64,000 nucleotides of DNA from Octopus bimaculoides. Lineage: Eukaryota. The translations under genes and the position numbers were made by a program. Shown here in pieces: positions 26,535 to 38,745 of this stretch; positions within the stretch are counted from its first letter, which is position 1; each line of letters opens with the position of its first letter. The stretch is taken from NCBI RefSeq assembly GCF_001194135.2, contig NC_068990.1, forward strand, positions 66,516,710 through 66,580,709, given 5' to 3'. The notes beneath the pieces were generated by a model that did not search any database, was not told the DNA's origin, and worked only from the letters and a program-made list of their open reading frames with translations.

Positions 26535-26880
26535 ATTTTCATTTTAATGATAATGTTTCCAGTTCAGTCAACTTCTTTGAAAATTATCGAAGAGTCTTTT
26601 TGTAAGTCTTTTAATGCTTGCAATTGATCTTTAAATATGTTGGATTTAATTTTCCTCTCTGTCATAATAGATTGAGCTGATCGTTGTAGGAGGCTAATAT
26701 ATTCTTCTACATTTTTGTCTCTATTTGAGTGGGATCTCAATCCTGTTCTGTTTTTCACCAGTGATTCGTCTGTGTGTTCAATATTTAGAAAGAATTCTCT
26801 CAAACGTAATTTTCGGTAAAATTCTTCTGTCTTCTACAAGTTCAGCGTGATTGGGCTTTGGAGTGGGCGTAAATTTCTTC
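26535..26880 (-). mobile_element. Penelope-like element, N-terminal RT fragment
   Basis: KFTPTP...RKLRLREFF...KSNIFKDQLQALKDLQKDSSIIFKEVD*TGNIIIK matches the PLE pattern (KFTPTP..LREFF..NL...ALK.L....I.IK.ADKG). Confidence 0.8.
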
Positions 26881-27668
26881 ATTTCTACATACATATTTAT
26901 ACAAACATACATATACATATGAGTGTTTAATCATGTATGCATGTATGTATGCATATTGCTTCACAAATCACGTCTCGTCTCATCTAAAGAGGAGAAAGAT
27001 AACACTGAAAATATATATTGCTCGATAAAAGATTCAAAGTACTTTAAATTAATTTGTGCTATGACATGTTTCTTTGTATAAAACAGAACAGAATAGGAGT
27101 ATCCTGAGCATCAGAAAGTAATTATTTGTATATTACCTTCAGTCCGACATTGGAACCGTCTTTAGTATGCAAGACAAAACCCCATTGCTCTGGCTTTCTT
27201 CTATCAGTATTCTTATCAAATCATAGCTTTTGCATTTGCACCTTTAGAGTTCGATAGAATAAAGCACATCTAAGTGAAATTGGTCGGACAGTCGGCACAG
27301 AACACAGACGACTTGCATAATTTTTCCGATTCTTTCAATTTCAATTTCAAGTGGAGGGGTGGGGTAGCGTTAATCTGTCACCAGGATTAACACCACCACC
27401 TAAATGTTATTTAATCCCCAACAATGATTTATACAAACACTTGGTGCAAATGTTTGTAACTTTGTGTAAGAAATCGGAATAGAATTCCAGTGAACAGATA
27501 GCTTCCTCCCTCTCTTTCACTTGTTTCTACTTCACTCGGATTACAATGAATTTGAAGAACTTCCCTTTATTCTGTGATTGAGCAATAGAAAAAAACATAC
27601 GCCAATCATGCATATATCATCAGGCGATGTTAGGAAGACTAAATCGTTGCTGGGTATGTGTTCATCTA

Positions 27669-27771
<103 letters not shown>

Positions 27772-28040
27772 GTATATGTGCGTGTATGTGTGTGTATGTA
27801 TGTGTATGTGTGTATGTGTGTGTGTGTGTGTATGTGTGTATGTGTGTGTATGTGTGTGTATGTGTGGATGTGTGTGTATGTGTGTGTATGTGTGTATGTG
27901 TGTGTAATAATGTTTGTCTTTATGCTCAATTATGATAAAAGCAAATTAACGTTAAGCTGCTGGGTTACTCTATACTCTTGTAGAGTACGAATTTATCATT
28001 CCTACACAAGAATGTTGTTAACGGTGACTTAGAAGTTTCG

Positions 28041-28087
28041 AACAGTCCGAGGATGGCTAAGCTGACCGAAACTTCGAAGGTGCTGTC
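28041..28087 (+). ncRNA. Degenerate minimal type I hammerhead-ribozyme-like motif (Penelope LTR type)
   Basis: ACAGT-CCGAGGA-T-GGCTA/AGC/TGACC-GAAAC-TTCGAA-GG-T-GCTGTC: stem I ACAGT/GCTGT, stem II, palindromic stem III. U4 and U16.1 deviate from the core consensus. Confidence 0.5.
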
Positions 28088-28129
28088 AACAACATTTGTT
28101 GTTTAAAAATACTATATATATATATATAC

Positions 28130-28176
<47 letters not shown>

Positions 28177-28458
28177 TGTATGTATGTATGTATGTGTGTA
28201 TGTATATATGTATGTATATGCATGTGTGTGTGTGTGTGTTTGTACGCGGATGTCTGTATATATTGTGGTGTTTTGTTTATAGGTACATACAGATATACAT
28301 GTGTGTGTGTGTGTATATACTTGTTATATATATATATATATGGACACACATAAACATATACACAAACTAATGCAAACCCATATGCAGGCAGACAGGGAGG
28401 GAGANNNNNNNNNNATATGCAGGCAGACAGGGAGGGAGATACAGAGAAAGAGATAGAG

Positions 28459-28514
<56 letters not shown>

Positions 28515-29039
28515 TGAGAGAGAGAAACAGGCAGGCAGACAGACAGGCGGAGAGAGACAGCGAGAGAGAGAGGGAGGATTGATCTATGAAAAATCGAAAG
28601 AATGTGTTTGAAAAGATATTGTATATATAGACAATAGACCTGTAGATATATAGTCATACAACTATACAACTCTAAAATCAATGCTAGCCACCAAAGAGTA
28701 GTCTAGATTTCCAAATAACCCATATTAATTTTAGCTAAAGATGTTTCTTCGACTCAACCATTGATTTCCGTTAACTTGTACACCAATGTTTTTCTTTCTT
28801 CTGTCACAATAGAACTGCAATTCAACATAATACAATTTTGCAAAGATTTTAGCCCGATAATACCATTTCTGTCTGCCGATAAGTAGATATATAGTTTTGT
28901 CTTTTTGTTTCTTTAAATAATTTTTGGCGGAGTTTGGAGTTGCCACCTTCGTTGCAACGTTGAAGTATAATTGTTAGTTTTCTCTGTCTATAGAAAAAAA
29001 AATCATGTAGGTCACCAAGCCAATTCTACTTAAATATCA

Positions 29040-29342
29040 ATATGTGGCACGTCGACATTCCTTCTGTCTCATTATGTTCGGAGCTCAAATCCCACCGAGG
29101 TTAACTTTCCCTTTCGTTATTTCGGGATCGATAAAATATGTACCAACTAAATTTTGGTGTCGATGTAATCAGCTGTAATCACACTCCACTTCTAAATTTC
29201 AATCCATGTTCTATAACAGAAAGGTTTATTATTATTATCATAATAATAATTATTATTATTGAGGAAGTCAACTGTCAAAATCGCTAGGACGTCGAGTAAA
29301 ATGTGTAGCGGCATTTCTTCCGTCTTTATATTCTTAGTTCAA
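29040..29342 (+). mobile_element. SINE family B copy (29040-29225), (ATT)n tail, then a second family B head (29262-29342)
   Basis: GCTCAAATCCCACCGAGGTTAACTTTCCCTTTC...GATCGATAAAATATGTACCA core. The second head reads AAATCGCTAGGACGTCGAGTAAAATGTGTAGCGGCATTTC...TAGTTCAA. Confidence 0.65.
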
Positions 29343-30338
29343 TTAGTGAGTAGCATCGGATTGTAAAATCTTATATTCATTATTCTCAGTGACACCTTCT
29401 GATTTATTTTCGTGCCGTTTCCGTATTCATTCAGGCGAACAAATTTATCCACATTATCGTGCCTCTTTTTGTATTCCTTTTCAGCCAGTTTGCTACACTC
29501 ACAATATGTGAGATTGTTTCGTTTTTGTTGCCACACATCCTACAAGGCGTCGATTCACTGCTCTTATCTATTTGGGACTTGGTGTAAGTTCTTAGAGGCT
29601 GCTCCTGGGCACTGCAATCAATGCCTCAGTGCATTCTTTCAGATCACTTTTCCTTAACCTCCATGTATTGGCCTTGTCTTCTCCTTCGATTTCTCTGAGG
29701 TATTACCCATGCAGAGTTTTCATTTTCCAGTTGTTTAATCTTTGTTCTCCATCTTGCTTCCTAAATGATTTTGGATGTTTCACATTTTCAGTAGGTATCA
29801 TGTTGCTATTTCTAACGGCGACAAAGGTTCAATATGCTGATTAAGGTACCACCCCAGACTGTTTTCCTCATTAACAACACAGATTCTGCATCCTATGAGG
29901 CCTCTTCTTCCCTTTTATCTGCCGATATCGCGTTTAGGGTACAGTTTCTTGTCCATTGTCATCACTTTCCTGCTTTTCTGTCAATTTCCTGAAGCTCATT
30001 CTTTGTCCACCTGACAACATCTGCACCGTATCGCATTAAGAAAATAACCCATGTGTTCATTGCTCTGATTTTGTTCTTTCCATTGAGTCTACTGTCCATA
30101 ATTAATTTGGTTCTTCTGAGGTATTCTCGTCCAAAGCTTTCCTTCACCTCACTCTCCTTGATTTTGTCATACGCCAAAACACCATATACTTATATCCATC
30201 CATCTCAACAATTTTGATTCTCCCACTGATTCATCAGACGACATTACTTTGCTTTTTTGATGATAAGCATTCCACACTTTTTAATTTTAAATTCCATCCC
30301 AATATCCTTACTGAAAATCTGCACTGTTAAAACCAGTC
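29340..30338 (-). mobile_element. Dong/R4-type (RLE-class) non-LTR retrotransposon fragment: RT C-terminus to CCHC knuckle
   Basis: VQIFSKDIGMEF, YDKIKESEVKESFGREYLRRTKLIMDSRLNGKNKIRAMNTW..MRYGA..VRWTKNELQEIDRK, and CECSKLAEKEYKKRHDNV. Confidence 0.9.
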
Positions 30339-30344
30339 ATTTCT

Positions 30345-30880
30345 GATGTACTAGCGTCATTTCTTAGCGCTCTTTGCGTCCTGAGTTCAAGTCCCACCCA
30401 TGCCTTCCTTTCTCTGGGAGGTGATAAAGTAAGTGTCAGTTGAGTACTGGGGTTGATGTAAATGACTTCTCAGTCCCCCCAAAATTGCTGATCATGTGCT
30501 AAAAGTTGGAACGAATAGGTGAAATAAACACGAGATGATTTGCCTGATGCAGAAACTACAGGAGCTACACAGGATTTTTAATCTCTTCCAAACTACAATC
30601 AGAGGAAACACTTCTGTAAAGTCAGCAGGTAACTCAGAGTCACAAGCGTTTCACCCCTTAGCTTACACGCTTCAGATGAGTGGAACAGCGAGGACTGAAC
30701 TAGTCTCACTTGCTGAAGGGCTACTGTTGGGGTCACTAAACGAATTCTGCCGATGTCGACTTTGGCTATCCTCCTTCTGGGATCAATAAAATAAGTACCA
30801 GCTGGGCACTAGGGTAGGCGTAATCGACTAGCTCCCTTCACCCAAATCACAGGCCTTGTGCTTATAGTAGAAAGAATTAT
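30345..30880 (+). mobile_element. Two diverged SINE family B pieces (~30345-30520 and ~30735-30880)
   Basis: CTGAGTTCAAGTCCCACC...GTTGAGTACTGGGGTTGATGTAA, and GATCAATAAAATAAGTACCAG...GGCCTTGTGCTTATAGTAGAAAG. Confidence 0.6.
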
Positions 30881-31399
30881 GATAATTATAATTAAAGCGG
30901 CAAGCTGGCAAAAATCATTAACACTCACGACATTGCAAGACTTATAGCAAAATTTAAAACAATTATTATTAATTAATGTATGAAAGAAATCAACATCATC
31001 GCCATCATTATCATCATCCTCGTCCTTATCATCATCATAATTATCGTCATCATCTTTATCATCATTATTGTGATCATCATTAGCGTCACAGCCATCATCA
31101 TCAGTAGCAGCAGCACCATCACTATGATCATTTTCATGATCTCTGCGAAAGAGGTGAGAAAACAAAAACTAATCTCATCCTTTTATTAAAAACACGACGC
31201 TTTTCTCTCTTCACTACCACACATTCAACACTTGCTGTTACTCTTCTTAGTCTATCCATGATTTAATATGATCCGTTCTCCCATTCATTTGCTAATACGT
31301 CGCATGTATCCAGGCTCCATATAGAGACTTTATAGCAAGCCGTCTATGCTTCGACCAAGCTTATTGTTTTTTCTTCTAGCTTTTGTTAGACAAATCTAA

Positions 31400-31825
31400 C
31401 CAAGAAACAATTCTTCCTACTTTTCTTTTTCTCTTTTTTAATTTTATTTCTAATATTTTCGACTTTCATTCACCTTTATTGATCATCCTGGCTGTATGCC
31501 TGCTTATATAAATCTGATTTGATTTATATTTCCTAGCAAAACATGAGGCTGTTAACAGCCCTAAATATATTAACCGCATTGATTTCGCTTTTTTCATACT
31601 GTATGAATTCAACTGCGCGATCTTTCCGGATCCTATCCGTGGCTGCCTGTTGTCTGCGTTCAACCCTAGGTATTTGAATGTCCTGTCTTGATCTAACTCC
31701 ATGATTACGGTAACGATGTCAAGGTCTGTGCCTGTCTGCATGGTCAGTTTTCCTTCTTTGGGGATGGGTTCAGTAAACTCTTCAATTTCGACCTTCATTT
31801 TGATCGTGTAGTTGAAGATATTCAC
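31400..31825 (-). mobile_element. Dong/R4-type retrotransposon RT fragment with internal deletion
   Basis: IFNYTIKMKV...EGKLTMQTGTDLDIVTVIMELDQDRTFKYLGLN matches the xxDIKMEFG..GKL...ELD...YKYLG region. Confidence 0.65.
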
Positions 31826-31905
31826 CTCCTAATAAACATTGGCGAGCGTCAATGTAAAACGGATGGCTCAGCACACCATTTTGTAATATATATAGATATA
31901 TATAT

Positions 31906-31989
<84 letters not shown>

Positions 31990-33686
31990 GGTGTGTGTTT
32001 GTACGTGAATGTATGTATATTTGTGGTGTTTTGTTTATAGGTACATACAGATATGCAGGCTGATTTTTTTATAGATAGCTGCGTGTAGATAAAGGAAGAC
32101 AGTAGGGTAGCAATGACTGAATTCTCACGAAAGATTCCGCTTCTTAGTGTTATCAAACTCGATGTTAACGAACAATATGTATAATGGAACTTCAGGAAAA
32201 TCTCCGTGATTAATTATTTAGTTGCTAGATAACCCATGTAAATCTTGACTCTTTTCTTGAAGTTATCCTCTATTGTTGAAAAGTTCATTTTATTTGAATT
32301 CATCATGTCCACGTCTGTTAGATTCCGGTTGTTTATGAGGTAGCAGATGAAATTGGAGTTGTTTTTGGCATCTAGTTTCAACCCGTCTGTGAAATGTTGT
32401 TTTATTAAATGTAGGGACGCTGACCTTACTGTCAGATATAGTAAATCAACGATGAATGTTGCCACGACATCCTTATAAAAATCTACAGACCATTCCTGTA
32501 TTGATCGTTTTGTCGAATTTCCTGTTGTACATAAAAGGACTGTCCGCGATTTGGTATTACTCTAGTAATTGATGGGTAGAGCTTGATCCAACAGCCAAAT
32601 TATTTTTATTACAGTCTAACTATTCAAACATTCATTGCAAGTTTGTGCTATACTAACAGTTGCATTTCTGAAATTTTGCAATTAGTGCAGTATTGTCATT
32701 TGGCTCAGATGATGTACAATATTATTTTTACATTTTGCGTTGTTTCGTATATGCTGCAGGTGACGTGTTATACGTTTTCGTACGACGGTAAAGATTATGT
32801 AATATATATGTTGCGTAAGTTACATGGGGTTTTAGCCTTAGGCTGGTAATGACCAAGTAGTTCTAATTACCAAAGCGTACCAACCATTACCTATATTTTT
32901 TATCCATTAAAAAAAAATGGTAGATCATTCTCTTAATGTAACGGCAGCAAAATCGTTACTTAGAACTCGACTCTAACTTTTTCTACTTATATTTCTCTTT
33001 CGACGTGTTGCGTTCAAACGGAATCTTTCTTCATCGATAATATGAACACCAGACATATAATAATATTGCTTGAATATACTATATGCTAAGCTAGTAACGG
33101 AATTAGCTTTATTTCATTAAGAATAACTTGGTTTAGATACCTAGATCAATTATTAATAGTCTACTGTCGTTTTTACTATAAAATTACGTTATGTCTTTCG
33201 CATTTCAGTTCAAGATAGGTATCATTTTCCTTAGCATGTTACGTATTGAATATGCTCAAAAGAAACTTTTCTTAACACACAAACAAACATAACGCCCATA
33301 CCTCCTACACATACACATATATACACACACATATACGTACACATTTACACACATGATTCATATCTTTTTTATTATTATCTTGAGAGTATAGAGACTATGA
33401 AATCTACTCCAATAGTTGATTGATACAGAACTCATCAACCTCATAGGTATTTGAGAGTTAAGAAGAACGTGTCTGTGTGTGAGTTCGCACGTACGAGTGA
33501 GGTACATATGTTTATAGCGCGTATGCATTTATTCACACTCACACACACACACACACACACACACACTCTCACACACACACACGCACGCACAAACACACAC
33601 AGGTATGTTGAGGCAAACTGGAGAAATAGTAGTCAAAATGAGTATACGTATATTTTTTTTAATATTTAGCAGATCTAAGCTCTGAG

Positions 33687-33748
<62 letters not shown>

Positions 33749-33824
33749 GTGTGTGTGTATGTTCATATATATATATGAACATATATACATATATATATGT
33801 GCATGTATGCGTATGTATATATAA

Positions 33825-34330
33825 AATACAAAAATGGGACAAGAAAGCAAAACATCCAGACAGGTGATACAAAAGGGTACAACAAAATATCCAGACAGAC
33901 GATACAAGGAAAACAAGAACAGGTCATTCGGAGTTTTCTATCCTCAGTCGAGTTCCAGATAATCTTTGCAATTTCGGCTGGTTATACCCGAGATTGCTCC
34001 AATCTGCCCAGCCCCAAGAAAAAAATTAAGCTAAGAGCATTAGATTCCTTGAAAGAAAGAAACGAATTTATACGTAAACAAGAACGAAAAAAAATAACAG
34101 AGAAATGTTACACAAATACAAATGCAATTAACTGGACATAACAACAGATGTCTTTCGACTAAGGACGAATTAAATTAAGCGGGCATGTGTGGAATTAGAG
34201 CCATACGGCAGGGACATAAGATTTAACAGGCGCAGGAAGGTATACAGATTTTGCACGGATGGTAGCCGAACCAAGAAAGAAGGTCAGGCCTAACCGAACA
34301 CCGGTCACGTGGGGAGAGAAGACGGAGAGG
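33825..34330 (-). repeat. Penelope-LTR-like dispersed repeat
   Basis: ATACAAAAATGGGACAAGAAAGCAAAACATCCAGAC...GCAATTTCGGCTGG...GCCGAACCAAGAAAGAAGGTC, inserted in (TA)n. Recognised from memory of octopus PLE-type LTRs; no ORF support. Confidence 0.5.
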
Positions 34331-34335
34331 TATGC

Positions 34336-34369
<34 letters not shown>

Positions 34370-34399
34370 TATCTTAATAATTACGATGCGCACACTTCT

Positions 34400-35000
34400 A
34401 CTATCTCTTCTCTGTCTATCTCTCTCCCTCTCTTGTTCCTCATCCTTTCTGTTTTCTCTCCCACCCTTTCCCTATTCTTTTCTCCCTTTCACCGTTCCCT
34501 CTCTCTCTCTCACTCTTCCTCCCTGACTCTCTCGTCGCTGACACGTAACGAAAGGGGATCTCTCTTTCTGACCACTTACCTCCTAAAGAAAAGACGTGCC
34601 TTTTCCTGTCTTCTCTCATGGCTCGTCTATTTAGCATTCATAATAACTTTTCTGTTGTCTTGGCTCAACGGCCCTTACCGTTTGTTTTTACTGTCTTGTT
34701 CTCACTGTCCTGTTCTTGTTAACACTATCACCCGCCGCAAAAAATCCCAAATTTTATTTATTTAATTTGCTTTGCGGGAATGTCTGTTTCAACGAAGTTT
34801 CGTATGGTCCTTGCCTTCGAAACGCGGAGTAGATGAAACAGAGATAACTGACAAAGGGGTATACTCTTTATGCTGCATGTCTCGTTTCTCTGTTTGTTTT
34901 TTTCGTTGTTCGAAAAAAAGTTCGTTTTCTATGCTTTCGTTTTTATGTTTTCGTTTCTCATCGTGTTCAGCATTTTTTTTTATGTCCTGTACCCATATAT
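34400..35000 (+). repeat. Penelope-LTR-like dispersed repeat, opposite orientation
   Basis: T-rich strand with GAAG...CTTC-GAAACGCG remnant at ~34794-34826. The 3' end ATGTCCTGTACCCAT is shared (inverted) with 21665-21760. Confidence 0.45.
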
Positions 35001-35619
35001 ACATGTATATATACATATATATCTAGGTATGTACATATATGTATGGATATATGCATATATTTATATATTATTTATATTATTATATATATACACACAAACA
35101 CACACGCACACTTACGCGTTATAAGCACATCCACCCTCACACGTACGCGCGAATTCACGCTAGTTCTTCTTAACTCTCTGACTCCTATAGGGTTAATGAG
35201 TTCTGTAAAAATCAACTGTTGCAGTACACTTAATTATTTGTGCAATCGCCAAATATAAAAAGAGTGATATAATCCTTGTGTCTATGTTTTAGGAGTCCGT
35301 ATTAGCCTTCCATTGAATGTTGTCACATCAATTTGAAGAGATTTTTTTAGAATGATATTTTATTGTTTGCTACGTTCAAGTTACATCTTCATATCATCAT
35401 CATCATCGTCGTCGTCGTCGTCGTCACCGTCGTCACCGTCGCCGTCGTGGTCGCCGCCGTGGTCGTCGTTGTCATCGTTGTCGTCTTCGTCTTCGTCTTC
35501 GTCGTCAGCAGGAGAAGCAGACCACTCTCTATATATTGGTTGATGAATTCTCCATAATCATCTGAGTCATGAAATAATGAATATTTTGATAATGTTTATC
35601 TTTCATTTTAAAAACTTTT

Positions 35620-36315
35620 TTCAGTCTCTTACTGCGGCCAGCCAGGGACACTGCATTGAAGGGTTTTAATCGAAAAAAGAAAACAACCTCAGTCAGTGTT
35701 TATGCTTCTTTTTCTTCATAAAAAACATCAGGTACTTACTCTATCGAACTCTTTTACCATCAACGAAATTATGGGGACATAACGGAATCTACGTCGGTTA
35801 CCAAGTGATGATGGGGTGACGGAACTAGACACAAAGACATATACATTCATGCATATACATGTGTGCGTGTGTATATACGACGGGTTTCCACACAGTTTCA
35901 GTTTGCTTAATTCACTCCTCAGGCATTGGTCATCCCTGGGCTATATTACCTTTTATCGTTATCTTTTCCTTCTTTCAGACATTAGATTGTAGTCATACTG
36001 GGGCACAGCCTTCAAGAATGAATCAATTGTAATACATTTTTGAAGCCTCGTACTCATCCTATCGGCCTCTCTTACCGAACCGCTAAGTTAAATGACGTAA
36101 ACGCACCAAGACCGGTTGTCCCACACACACACACATACATACATACATACATACATTCGACGAACGTTTTTCAGTTTCCGTCTACCAAATCTACTGACAT
36201 GGTTTTGGTTGACCTGAGGCTATAGTAGAGAGCACTTGCCAAATATCCCACGCAGTGGAACTAAACCTAAAATCACCTGCTTGGGAAGTAAACTTCCTAC
36301 CACACAACTAGGCCT
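35620..36315 (-). mobile_element. Two tandem SINE family A copies (~35620-35950 and ~35975-36315)
   Basis: Each has the reverse-complement core (GTACTTACTCTATCG / GTACTCATCCTATCGGCCTCTC..CCGAACCGCTAAGTT) and CAGTTTCCGTCTACCAAATC-type body. The second retains the head. Confidence 0.75.
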
Positions 36316-36952
36316 AAAATTAGGCCAGGAAGCCTCTACAGATAATCGAACACTATGGCTCTAAAATTCCGGATGAGCACTCTGTACCATTAAGCTAAGG
36401 GATATCTGACCTAACGGATACCTGACAATGTGACTCAACCCAATATCGCATAGTAGCAAGCGAGCATTTTAACCACGTAGCTAGCCACGTCTATGCTTCT
36501 GTGAATTCTCTTTCACTTTTTCTTCTACTGGCCAGTTTGATCTTAATCGATAGATGAAAAAAATGCGAACAGTCATATAAGAAAACGATAACAGGAAATA
36601 CCAACGTCTTGAAATACATATCGGTTATTTATTTTGTTTAATTATATGCATCAATTTATTTACATATTTCCAATGTCCGAAAGTTTGGTAAATCTATATT
36701 ACATGAATAAATCAGTTTGTTTATATTCTTTTTTCTCTATAATAAGTGAGAGAAGTTCATTTGTTATATTCTATTTATATATTCTGTCTCTTTTCGTCAT
36801 ATAATACTATCTCGCTAATGAGGTATTTGTCAATCATTCGACAGGACTTGACAATAAATAGTTGGCGCTTTTCCAATTAGATATCAGATTATGCAATAGT
36901 TTGTTTAGGGAAATTAGCGAGTATCTCTCTGTTGTTGTCGTTGTTGTTGTTG

Positions 36953-37011
<59 letters not shown>

Positions 37012-37012
37012 G

Positions 37013-37223
37013 AAGGTGGCGAGCTGGCAGAATCGTTAGCGCGCTGGACAAAGTGCTTAGCTGCATTTCGCCCGTTACTACGTTCTGAGTTCAAATTCCA
37101 CCGAGGTCGACTTTGTCTTCCATCCTTTCAGAGTCGATAAATTAAGTACCAGTTGATACTGGAGTCGATATAACTGACTTACCACTCCCCTAAATTTCAG
37201 GCGTTGTGCCTATAGTAGGAAAG
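37013..37223 (+). mobile_element. tRNA-derived SINE, family B, full length
   Basis: AAGGTGGCGAGCTGGCAGAATCGTTAGC...GAGTTCAAATTCCACCGAGGTCGACTTTG...CATCCTTTCAGAGTCGATAAATTAAGTACCAG. The core resembles the Nin/Deu-type SINE domain. (ATT)n on both sides. Confidence 0.9.
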
Positions 37224-37254
37224 ATTATTATTATTATTATCATTATTATTACTA

Positions 37255-37500
37255 TTCTGTCGTGACACAGTGTAGATAAAAATGCGCCGGAGTCTTTAGT
37301 CATCGGTCAAGTCACAACAAGGACTTCAGACAGATACTACTTTCCTTAAGATGTGCCCTGTGCCCGATAAGACTGCTTTTTGCAAGAAGACTGCTTTATG
37401 CCTTAAGAAGTCTTGAAGTTTCAATGAGATTCAGCCCAACACTAAGATCCCCACTGGTATCACTTTTACATTTCCCTCCCGCATTCCATACAGTATTCTT
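37255..37500 (-). mobile_element. 5'-truncated Dong/R4-type 3' end
   Basis: NVKVIPVGILVLG...LQKAVLSGTGHILRKVVSV*, then a short 3' UTR and TAA tail. Confidence 0.7.
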
Positions 37501-37527
37501 CTTTTTCTTCTTCTTCTTCTTCTTCTT

Positions 37528-37631
<104 letters not shown>

Positions 37632-37639
37632 CATCATTA

Positions 37640-38745
37640 TATGTTTAACTTTTACTTTGTATTTGTACAAGTTGACTCCAAGTCTCACCAAGAAACCTCA
37701 AGAGACAACAAGTTAGAAGTTCATGTTGATGTTATGGCCTAGGGTGACATATATTTGGTTTTGTACATAGTATTGTTCTAGAGAATGTTTAAGAAGCCAT
37801 AAGAAAATTATGAGTTTGTTTTAAAAGTTGAGATTACATAGACAGTATTTTACGTAGGATATGGGCAGTTCCCATGAGCACTATCTTTTGAACTTCAGCC
37901 ATTTTGGGGTTTCCTGGTATCTGAGCTAGGTAGCAATCAACCCCTTTTGCTATCATCCCCAGGGCACCTATGACAACAGGTATTACTTTAGTCTTCAGGT
38001 TCCACATTTTGCCAATTTCTGTTTCAAGATCTTTACACTTGCTTAGTGTTTGGTAGGTCTTGAAACATCGATTGGGGCAGTCGTATCAATGAGGAGGCAT
38101 GATTTTTGTCTGAAGTCTTCTATTATAATGTCTGGCCTATTTGCATCTATCTTTCTACCAGTTTGATGGTTAAGTTCCAGAGGAGTGAGAAGTGATCATT
38201 CCCAAGTACTGGAGGTTGTTTGGGTTTGCACCGGTTTTTATTATGGTACAGGTCCAATATCGGCAGCTCTATCATAGCTGTTGAGATACTCTGTAGGCGC
38301 AAGAAATTGCACATGGAGACAAAATGATCAATGGTTTCATTTTGTTGTTGAAATACATGACATGTTGGGCAGCTAGCGTTCTTTAATATGTTGGCCTTGT
38401 AGTTTCTTGTAGGTAGGCATTGATCTTGGATTTCTATGATAAACCCTCCTGTTTCTGATTTTAAGCAAGAAGCTATTTGCCATTGAAGGTTAAGGGCTTT
38501 GTCAACATCGGAATTATTATCTCTCTTTGGGTATTTGCCATTGTGAGGTTTTTCTTGCCACTTATCAGTAAGAATATATACGGCAGCAATTTTAGCACGG
38601 GTTTTCATACACTTAGCTTTTTCTCTGCTTGTTTCTAGTACGTCAAATTCTGGAATTTGCATTTGGAATTCACTTATATATTCCTTTGCCTGTTTTGATA
38701 CTGAGTATGATGCTTTCTTGTTTTCATGTGGTTCTAATGGTTTTA
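37640..38745 (-). mobile_element. Dong/R4-type retrotransposon 3' kilobase: CCHC knuckle, restriction-like endonuclease and 3' UTR ending in (TAA)n
   Basis: KWQEKPHNGKYP...LKSETGGFIIEIQDQCLPTRNY..CPTCHV...ETIDHFVSMC, RPDIIIED..SCLLID, PVVIGALGMIAKG...VQKIVLMGTAHILRKILSM*. Confidence 0.92.

Noticed and set aside
28367-28440. Duplicated ATATGCAGGCAGACAGGGAGGGAGA on both sides of a 10-N gap
   Set aside because: Typical overlapping contig ends; assembly artefact.
30985-35520. Poly-Asp, poly-Ser and poly-Ile ORFs at 30809-31189 and 35352-35557
   Set aside because: Decayed (ATC/GTC) triplet microsatellites.
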